Source: an uncultured Acidobacteriota bacterium
GTDB lineage: Bacteria; Acidobacteriota; HRBIN11
DNA: 46,189 nucleotides
NCBI GenBank assembly: GCA_964541595.1
Contig: CAZIRO010000001.1
Location: 1-46,189, forward strand
Reading direction: 5' to 3'
The stretch's first letter is position 1; each line of letters opens with the position of its first letter. The notes beneath the pieces were generated by a model. The model saw only the letters and a list, made by a program, of their open reading frames with translations. It was not told the origin of the DNA and ran no database searches. The position numbers were made by a program, and so were the translations under genes. Positions 24,871-31,993 of the stretch are shown in pieces.

Positions 24871-25788
24871 TCACGCTCCCCCGGTCGGACTGACAAGGAG
24901 TTCCGCAAACGGACGGGCCTGGAACGGGATGAGATCTTCCGGTGTTTCCCCCACACCGAGATAGCGGACCGGCAGTTGCAGTTCCGTAACGATCGAGAGG
25001 ACCGATCCCCCCTTGGCGGTTCCGTCCAGTTTGGTCAGGATGATACCCGTCAGCGGGATGGCTTCCCGAAAAATGCGCGCCTGTTGAATGGCATTCTGCC
25101 CGGTGGTGGCATCCAGCACGAGAAATACTTCATGGGGCGCCGATGGAATCGCGCGTCGCGCAATCCGGCCGAGTTTTTCCAACTCGCGCATGAGGTTCGT
25201 CTTCGTATGCAATCGACCGGCAGTATCGACGAGTAACACGTCGTAATGCCGGGCCTGCAGGGCGGCAAGCGCATCGTACAGGACGGCGCCGGGGTCCCCG
25301 CCCGGCTGATGCGCGATCATGGGGACGCCGACACGTTCCGCCCAGATACGCAATTGATCGATGGCCGCCGCACGGAACGTGTCCGCCGCACAGAGCATGA
25401 CCCTGCGGTCCTGCGATTTCAATGCGTACGCCACTTTGGCGATCGTGGTGGTCTTGCCAACCCCGTTCACGCCGACAAAAAAATACACATGCGGTAACGG
25501 TGCGGTGACCGGTTGCACCGGAATATCGAGGTATTCTGTCATGACATCGATAAGTACAGGAACGATCTCCTCAGACTGTTTACGCAGTTCACGTTCGGCG
25601 CGGCGGCGTGTTTCGGCGGCGATACGTTCGGCGAGTTCGTAATGGACATCGGCGCTGATCAGCAGATCGGTGAGTTCCTCCCAGAACGCGGGATCGACGA
25701 GCCGGCCCGTGAACAGCAAAATGAGTTGATCCCGCAACCGTTCCTGTGTTTTCCGCAATCCCCGGCGTAATCGCTGTATCCACTGCAT
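24871..25788 (-). CDS. ftsY: Signal recognition particle receptor FtsY (short, NG-domain form)
   Basis: GVNGVGKTTTIAKVA, DTAGRLH and TKLDGTAKGG. Confidence 0.95.
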   Translation of the reverse strand: MQWIQRLRRGLRKTQERLRDQLILLFTGRLVDPAFWEELTDLLISADVHYELAERIAAETRRRAERELRKQSEEIVPVLIDVMTEYLDIPVQPVTAPLPHVYFFVGVNGVGKTTTIAKVAYALKSQDRRVMLCAADTFRAAAIDQLRIWAERVGVPMIAHQPGGDPGAVLYDALAALQARHYDVLLVDTAGRLHTKTNLMRELEKLGRIARRAIPSAPHEVFLVLDATTGQNAIQQARIFREAIPLTGIILTKLDGTAKGGSVLSIVTELQLPVRYLGVGETPEDLIPFQARPFAELLVSPTGGA

Positions 25789-25800
25789 GGATCACTCCAC

Positions 25801-26089
25801 AGGTGTCCGGTCCCAGGTGGCAGGTGTCGGGTCTCAGGTGGCAGGTCTCAGGTGTCAGGTCTCGTGTGTCCGGTGTTGAGTGCCCGGGCTCTGGTGGAGC
25901 GTTAACCGGTCATTCAACAGGTCATACCATGCCATGGATCGGGCTACGACCATTGGCAAGCACGGTCCTCCGGATGGTCGCAATTTGTCGCCCCCTACAA
26001 GGACCTGAGACCTGAGACCTGAGACCTGACACCTGGGACCTGCCACCTGAGACCTGCCACCTGAGACCCGACACCTGCCACCTGCCACC
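25801..26089. repeat. Giant inverted repeat built from heptanucleotide tandem arrays (AGGTNNC x11 / NACCTGN x12.5) around a ~125-nt spacer; fills the thrS-ftsY intergenic region
   Basis: The left arm (25801-25877) reads AGGTGTC CGGTCCC AGGTGGC AGGTGTC GGGTCTC AGGTGGC AGGTCTC AGGTGTC AGGTCTC... The right arm (26002-26089) reads GACCTGA x4 CACCTGG GACCTGC CACCTGA GACCTGC CACCTGA GACCCGA CACCTGC CACCTGC. GGCAGGTGTCGGGTCTCAGGTGGCAGGTCTCAGGTG is perfectly complementary between arms (36 nt). Confidence 0.85.
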
Positions 26090-28042
26090 TTACTGCACAT
26101 CCCACAGTTCCAGACGCCGATGCGTCACGAGATCACGAAAATGCGCAATGAGTTCATCCACCGATCGGGCACCCTGGTCCCCGATTCCGCGTACCCGTAC
26201 GGCAACCGTGTTGGACTGGACTTCCCGATCGCCGACCACCAGAATGAACGGTACCTTGAGCAGTTCCGCATCGCGAATCTTCGCGGAAACACGTTCATTG
26301 CGCAGATCGGCCTCGACCCGGAACCCTGCCGTAAACAGTTGCTGCCGGACCCGTTCCACATACTCCGCATGGCGATCGGCGATGGGAATAATGCGGATCT
26401 GGATCGGCGCGATCCAGAACGGAAACGCGCCCGCAAAGTGTTCGATGAGCACACCCATAAACCGTTCCACGGAACCGAAAATCGCCCGGTGAATCATTGT
26501 TACCCGATGAAACCGCCCGTCGCGTCCGACGTACTGGAGGTCAAACCGTTCCGGAAGATTGAAATCCACCTGGATGGTGGAACACTGCCACCATCGGCCG
26601 ATCGCGTCCCGGATTTTGAGATCGATCTTGGGACCGTAAAACACACCCTCGCCGGGATCGATCTCGTAGGGAATCCCCGCACGTTCCAGTGCGTTGCGCA
26701 GTGCCGCTTCGGCGATATCCCACATCTCGAGCGTTCCGACGAATTTTTCCGGTCGGGTCGACAGATATACGCTGTACTCATAAAACCCGAACGTCTGCAG
26801 GACATCACGCACGAAATCCAGCACCCCGAGGATCTCGTCCTCGATCTGGTCCTGCGTGCAGAAAATGTGAGAATCGTCCTGCGTAAACCCCCGAACCCGC
26901 AGCAACCCGTGCAGAACGCCCGACCGCTCGTACCGGTATACGGTACCGAACTCGAACAGCCGCATCGGCAGTTCGCGATAACTCCGGCGATGCGCCCTGT
27001 AGATCACGATATGAAACGGACAGTTCATCGGTTTCAGCTGGTACCGGGCCTTTTCCTGAAGTTCCATCGGGGGAAACATGTTTTCGCGGTAAAACTCCAG
27101 ATGGCCGCTCACCTGCCAGTGTTCAATGCGGGCGATATGCGGCGTGTACACAAACTGGTATCCCCGCCGGAAGTGTTCCGCATAGAGAAACTCCTCCAGT
27201 TGACGTCGGACGATTGCGCCGCGCGGGTGCCAGAGGATCAAACCGGGACCGATGGACTCCTGAATGGAAAACAGATCGAGTTCCCGTCCGAGTTTGCGAT
27301 GGTCCCGTCGCTGTGCTTCCTCCAGTTGATGTAAAAACGCTGCCAGCCGCGACTGCGTGGGGAAACAGGTACCATAAATGCGCTGTAACTGGGGATTCCG
27401 TTCATCCCCGCGCCAGTATGCACCGGACGTGGACAGCAGTTTGAACGCTTTCAGGTATCCCGTGGACGGGACATGCGGTCCCTTACAGAAATCGAGAAAC
27501 TCCGCCTGTTCGTAGCAACTTACCGGGTCGCCGCCTCGCTCCAGAATGAGTTCCACTTTAAACCGCTCGCCGCGCGATTCGAAATAACGCAGTGCCTGGT
27601 CCCGCGGCAGCCATCGATGCACGATCGGAATGTCCCGCTCGGCGAGTTCGCGCATGCGCTGTTCGATCTTCTGCAGGTCCTCCTCCGTAAACGGACGATC
27701 CCGCAGGAAATCATAGTAAAATCCCGTTTCAATGGGCGGACCGATCGCGAGTTTGGTCTCCGGATACAGCTGCTGCACCGCCTGCGCCAGCAGGTGCGCA
27801 CAACTGTGTCGATAAACTTCGAGTGCTTTCGGATGGTCCGGTGTGATGAGTTCATCTACCCGCAGGTCACGGTCCACACGTCGATGATGGTCCCAGTACT
27901 CTTCACCGGCACGCAGAAGGATGATCTCACGCGACCGTTCCGGATCGTACCTGCGCAGGACTTCCGCAATTTCCGTACCGGCGTCGACCTCGATCACGCG
28001 ACCATCCGGAAACTCCACCCGCACGGTGGACGCTGTACCCAT
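26090..28042 (-). CDS. thrS: Threonine--tRNA ligase
   Basis: N-terminal TGS domain, editing-domain HSCAHLL, class II core (FRRGYQFVYTPHI, RVRGFTQDDSHIF) and a C-terminal anticodon-binding domain. Confidence 0.96.
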   Translation of the reverse strand: MGTASTVRVEFPDGRVIEVDAGTEIAEVLRRYDPERSREIILLRAGEEYWDHHRRVDRDLRVDELITPDHPKALEVYRHSCAHLLAQAVQQLYPETKLAIGPPIETGFYYDFLRDRPFTEEDLQKIEQRMRELAERDIPIVHRWLPRDQALRYFESRGERFKVELILERGGDPVSCYEQAEFLDFCKGPHVPSTGYLKAFKLLSTSGAYWRGDERNPQLQRIYGTCFPTQSRLAAFLHQLEEAQRRDHRKLGRELDLFSIQESIGPGLILWHPRGAIVRRQLEEFLYAEHFRRGYQFVYTPHIARIEHWQVSGHLEFYRENMFPPMELQEKARYQLKPMNCPFHIVIYRAHRRSYRELPMRLFEFGTVYRYERSGVLHGLLRVRGFTQDDSHIFCTQDQIEDEILGVLDFVRDVLQTFGFYEYSVYLSTRPEKFVGTLEMWDIAEAALRNALERAGIPYEIDPGEGVFYGPKIDLKIRDAIGRWWQCSTIQVDFNLPERFDLQYVGRDGRFHRVTMIHRAIFGSVERFMGVLIEHFAGAFPFWIAPIQIRIIPIADRHAEYVERVRQQLFTAGFRVEADLRNERVSAKIRDAELLKVPFILVVGDREVQSNTVAVRVRGIGDQGARSVDELIAHFRDLVTHRRLELWDVQ

Positions 28043-28121
28043 AGATATCCCTCAAACCCGGAGTTTCAGGCGATCCGTGTATGGCATTGTAGAAATCCGA
28101 CGGGCAGTTCGCAAGTGGAGA

Positions 28122-28256
28122 GATCTGGTCTCAGGTCCCGGGTGTCGGGTGTCAGGGATTGGGGGGCCATTTCCCGGATGCAGGGACGTGGTCCGGGCAC
28201 AGCGCCGCCGTGCCCCTACACCCCGCCACCTGGAACCTGCCACCCGGGACCAGATC
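28122..28256. repeat. Smaller heptamer-array hairpin element
   Basis: GATCTGGTC (28122-28130) pairs with GACCAGATC (28248-28256), and GTCCCGGGTG (28135-28144) with CACCCGGGAC (28241-28250). GGTCTCA GGTCCCG GGTGTCG GGTGTCA opposes CACCTGG AACCTGC CACCCGG. Confidence 0.6.
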
Positions 28257-28265
28257 CCCCCCTTA

Positions 28266-28392
28266 GGATCGGGACAGGAAATGGGACACCGTGGGTACCC
28301 ATGCGGTCATGCGCTATCCCCAGCCCATGCGATGCTGGTCTTTCTAAGACCCGAACACCTGAGACCCGAGACCTGACACCTGATACCTGATC
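28266..28392. repeat. MITE-like intergenic element, copy C (left terminus, core and heptamer tail; no right terminus)
   Basis: ATCGGGACAGGAAATGGGACA is at 28268-28288. The core is nearly identical to copy B. The tail reads AGACCCGAACACCTGAGACCCGAGACCTGACACCTGATACCTGATC. Confidence 0.7.
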
Positions 28393-28400
28393 TTCCAATC

Positions 28401-29690
28401 CTAAAACCGATACAACAACAGGGTATCCAGCAGCGGTTTGAACGATTCGTCCCCGATCTGGCGGAAGATCACGCCGCCCCGGATGCGCATAAACAACCGG
28501 GGTGAAACGGGCCATTCGATTTCGATATGTGTGAAATTGTCCGCATACCGGAATCCCGAACGGCTCGGCAACCACTGATAAACCCGTGCCTGGGTGTGTA
28601 CACGCACCTGCACGCTACGGACGATCGTTATCAGCGCCGCATCCACGGTATAGAAATTCGTGTAATCGCTCCGGATGGCCTGTCCCCCGAGTTCAAGCCG
28701 AAACCATTTCCATTTCGGGGAACGCACCCATCCCGTGGCGATCCATCCGGAACGCACACCGCGCATATACCCGAACGACCCCCGCACGGCCCATTGACGT
28801 GTCCGAATCCCGACGACCGCCCGCAGATCACGAAACGTCGACGGTGGCGTTTCTGCGAACCGTCCGAAATAGGTCAATGTACGTACCTCGTCATAGACCC
28901 GCAACTGTTCCCAGGGATTTCGCCATTCCGACGCCATGAGACTGACGTAAACACGAGCACCGCGTACGGACACCTGCGCGGTGACACGTGTGCGGTCACG
29001 AATTTCCAGATCGTAGGCACCACCGACAAACACCCAGACGCGTCCCCGGGGGTTCCAGTGGATCTGCATCCCGATCTCCCGGGTTGTCCGCTGTTCCGTC
29101 GCGAGATGGACAAACCCGACCGACCACTGTAACCGGGAGGACGTCCAGCCCACGTTCCCGCACAACTGCACGCCGCCGCTGAGCGGTGCCCCGTGCCAGA
29201 TATCGATCGGACGACCCCCGGCGGCCCGTACCTGCCAGTGACCGACACGGACTTCCGTCCAGGCACCGTCCATCGGGTGGATCAATACACCGGCGACGTC
29301 TGGATACTGGCGTCCCAATCGCACGTTGACGTGATGGTTCGCAAGGCCGGCGATCTCAAGGTACGCGGTATGAAAGATGTGGCGGTTGCGGTAGGCCTCT
29401 GTGTAGATGAACTCTTCCGGTCGGCTCAGCTGGATATAGTGATGACTCCGATAGACCACCCGGATCCGATCGTTCCAGAATCCCAGTCGCAGGCGTCCCG
29501 TCAGGTGAAATCCGTTGTACTGTGTCGCCTGCACTGCAGATCCGATGAACCGGTAGTGCAGGTTGATGTACCCCTGCGCGATGACCCCCGACGGTGCGAT
29601 ATTCCCCTGCGCAACTGCCGTCGCGATCGGTATGGTCCATACGAGCCAGGCAATACCGATCAGACGCATCCATTCGCGCGCGGTCATCAT
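28401..29690 (-). CDS. Outer-membrane beta-barrel protein (429 aa), candidate porin partner of the adjacent multihaem cytochrome
   Basis: Signal peptide MMTAREWMRLIGIAWLVWTIPIATAVA-QG. Alternating-hydrophobicity strands throughout. The C-terminus ...LLLYRF ends in an aromatic residue. Its ATG (29688-29690) overlaps the TGA (29687-29689) of the cytochrome gene. Confidence 0.65.
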   Translation of the reverse strand: MMTAREWMRLIGIAWLVWTIPIATAVAQGNIAPSGVIAQGYINLHYRFIGSAVQATQYNGFHLTGRLRLGFWNDRIRVVYRSHHYIQLSRPEEFIYTEAYRNRHIFHTAYLEIAGLANHHVNVRLGRQYPDVAGVLIHPMDGAWTEVRVGHWQVRAAGGRPIDIWHGAPLSGGVQLCGNVGWTSSRLQWSVGFVHLATEQRTTREIGMQIHWNPRGRVWVFVGGAYDLEIRDRTRVTAQVSVRGARVYVSLMASEWRNPWEQLRVYDEVRTLTYFGRFAETPPSTFRDLRAVVGIRTRQWAVRGSFGYMRGVRSGWIATGWVRSPKWKWFRLELGGQAIRSDYTNFYTVDAALITIVRSVQVRVHTQARVYQWLPSRSGFRYADNFTHIEIEWPVSPRLFMRIRGGVIFRQIGDESFKPLLDTLLLYRF

Positions 29691-31990
29691 CCGCCCTCCT
29701 CTCCTTCGATTTCGAATCCACCGATATGACAATCCAGGCACCGGCCGCCACGGTCACCGGCATGGCCCCTGTGACAGTCGTGACAGGTATACTGAAACAT
29801 GTCTCCGGCGACCTTATGGCATACCGCACAGGCAATTCCCGCGTGAGTTCCGGTTTGCAGATTGAACCAGAACGGACTGTGCGCACCCTGCCACTTGTCC
29901 TGCAGGTGGCACTCCTGACAGTTCAAGCCGGCACCGTAGCGTGCATGCGGAAACGTTGCCGTGCGATAGTGTTTCTCATGACAGTCCGCACACTGCATGG
30001 GACGCGGGATGATCCGAAACGTCTGAACGTCGCGATGGCAATCGCCGCATTCCAGTGCCAGATGCGCGCCGACGAGCGGGAATCCCGTTTCCGCGTGGTC
30101 GAATGATACGACTCTCCATGCCGGCCAGCGGTGACACCGGTAACAGTCTGCCCCCATCGCGCCTTCATGGTAGTCCGTATGACAACTCGTGCAGTTCGTG
30201 GAAGCAGCGGTAAACCGGTGCTGCAAATGACACTGATTGCACCGAATGAGCGTGTGGAACACGAACAGGTCTTTCCGTTCATGGGTGTACTTCAACTGAT
30301 CCCAGGGCCCCGTGGGATCGTGGCAATCCGTACAGGCCATACGCAATGTCGGTTCGTGCGGACTCGTATGGCAACTATCGCATGCCGGTCGCAACTTCGT
30401 TTGCCAGTCCGTATGACAGGCGCGGCACGCGATCTCGGCGTGTCTGCCGGTCAGCGGAAACCCCGTCCGCGTATGGTCAAACGCCGTCGGCGGCCATCCC
30501 TCTGTGGAATGGCACCGCGCGCAGTTCTGACCGAACTGACCGTGATGCGGATCGCTGTGACAGTCCCGACACCGGATGCCCCGTACTCGGTATCCCGGCG
30601 GCATATGACACTGCGTGCACTGCACCTGCAGATGTCTGCCGGTCAGCGGGAATTTCGTCTGCGCGTGATCGAATGTGACCGCCGTCCACACGGTTTCCGC
30701 ATGACACCGGGTACAGTCCTGACCGAACGCACCCCGGTGCGGATCGGCATGACAGAGTTGACAATCACGCCCCGGCAGGTGCAACCCACCGCGTTCCTCC
30801 GTATGACACTGGCGACACTGTAGATCGAGGTGTGCACCCCGCAGGACAAACCCGGACACCCGGTGGTCGTATGTCGGAACGGACCACGCATCGAACATGT
30901 GACACGCGGTGCAGTCGCGGTATGCGACAACACGGCGGGGGTGCGGGGAACGGTGACAGCCGTCACAGGTGGTCGCGAGTTTCCGGCGGATTCCCATCCT
31001 GTGACACTCCTGACAGGCGATCATTGCGTGTTTCCCCAGTAACGGAAACCCCGTACGCGCGTGGTCGAACTGCTGCACGGTCCAGGTGCGTGTCGTGTGA
31101 CAGCGGGTACAGTCGGGGATCCGGATCCGCCGATGCGGATTCGTATGGCACCCCTGACACTGCAACGGTGTCCCCCGAAACCGATGCCCCGCATGACACC
31201 GCATACAGGTCAGCCGCCGATGCGCGCCCGTCAGTGGAAACCGGGTCCGATCGTGGTCAAACCCGGGGATCTCCACGAACGACGTCTCCACATGACAGTC
31301 CCGGCATCGCTGAGGCCGGAACTGACCCCGATGCGGATCCCGATGGCAACCGATACAGTCATCAAACCGTACGGACGCTTTGAACTGCGTGAGCGTCTGG
31401 CGATGACATTTTGCACAATCCACACGCACATGCGCACCACGCAGCGGGAACCGGGTTTGCCCGTGGTCGAACGATACGGGGGACCACGCCACTGTTGTAT
31501 GACAACCCGTACAGTCCGCGCCGAACCGCATGCCGTGTTTCGGCGCGTGACACGCATGACAGTCCGTGGGTGTGCCGAGGTATCGTGCCTTGCGGTGGCA
31601 CCGTGCACACGCGACATCAACGTGCGCCCCCGTCAGCGGGAAATCCGTTTGACGGTGATCGAAGGTCTCCGCATCCAGACGAACGAGTTGATAGTCCCGT
31701 CCCCGATGCTCGCTATGGCATTCCCAGCAGACCTGGTCTTTCGGGAGTCGACCGTGAAAACCGGTTCGATTGCGGACATCCTGTGCAACGGGTTCGTGAC
31801 AGGCCAGACACTTTTCGACCGCAGGACCGCGGCCGAATTCATGACATTTCGTGCAGTTGGTCACGCCGCGCAGTTTTTCATGGGGACGGGCCAGTTCACC
31901 CGGGGCGATCCACTGCGTCCACGCGATACGGGATATACCCAGACTCCATACAATGATCATCCAGCAGGTGCCACGCCACCTGGCGGCCAT
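29687..31990 (-). CDS. 33-haem c-type cytochrome built from ~11 tandem trihaem (c7/c3-like) modules
   Basis: I counted 33 CxxCH motifs in 767 aa. The unit FDH..T.FPL.G.H....C..CH-x11-C..CH..PH.G.F...C..CH....W recurs 8-9 times. The N-terminus is a hydrophobic signal-like segment. Confidence 0.92.
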   Translation of the reverse strand: MAARWRGTCWMIIVWSLGISRIAWTQWIAPGELARPHEKLRGVTNCTKCHEFGRGPAVEKCLACHEPVAQDVRNRTGFHGRLPKDQVCWECHSEHRGRDYQLVRLDAETFDHRQTDFPLTGAHVDVACARCHRKARYLGTPTDCHACHAPKHGMRFGADCTGCHTTVAWSPVSFDHGQTRFPLRGAHVRVDCAKCHRQTLTQFKASVRFDDCIGCHRDPHRGQFRPQRCRDCHVETSFVEIPGFDHDRTRFPLTGAHRRLTCMRCHAGHRFRGTPLQCQGCHTNPHRRIRIPDCTRCHTTRTWTVQQFDHARTGFPLLGKHAMIACQECHRMGIRRKLATTCDGCHRSPHPRRVVAYRDCTACHMFDAWSVPTYDHRVSGFVLRGAHLDLQCRQCHTEERGGLHLPGRDCQLCHADPHRGAFGQDCTRCHAETVWTAVTFDHAQTKFPLTGRHLQVQCTQCHMPPGYRVRGIRCRDCHSDPHHGQFGQNCARCHSTEGWPPTAFDHTRTGFPLTGRHAEIACRACHTDWQTKLRPACDSCHTSPHEPTLRMACTDCHDPTGPWDQLKYTHERKDLFVFHTLIRCNQCHLQHRFTAASTNCTSCHTDYHEGAMGADCYRCHRWPAWRVVSFDHAETGFPLVGAHLALECGDCHRDVQTFRIIPRPMQCADCHEKHYRTATFPHARYGAGLNCQECHLQDKWQGAHSPFWFNLQTGTHAGIACAVCHKVAGDMFQYTCHDCHRGHAGDRGGRCLDCHIGGFEIEGEEGG

Positions 31991-31993
31991 GGT

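Noticed and set aside
25801-26089. Heptamer arrays as CRISPR, or as a protein-coding repeat (ORF-track peptides such as VSGLRWQVSG)
   Set aside because: The 7-nt period is not a multiple of 3, and the two arms are mutually complementary. Only the two short 25746-26100 ORFs (25746..26015 on +, 25855..26100 on -) cross them, they lack RBS or start context, and the sequence lies between two well-defined genes.
26120-27334. 404-aa + strand ORF
   Set aside because: It is entirely antisense to thrS, whose identity is unambiguous, and it has no motifs.
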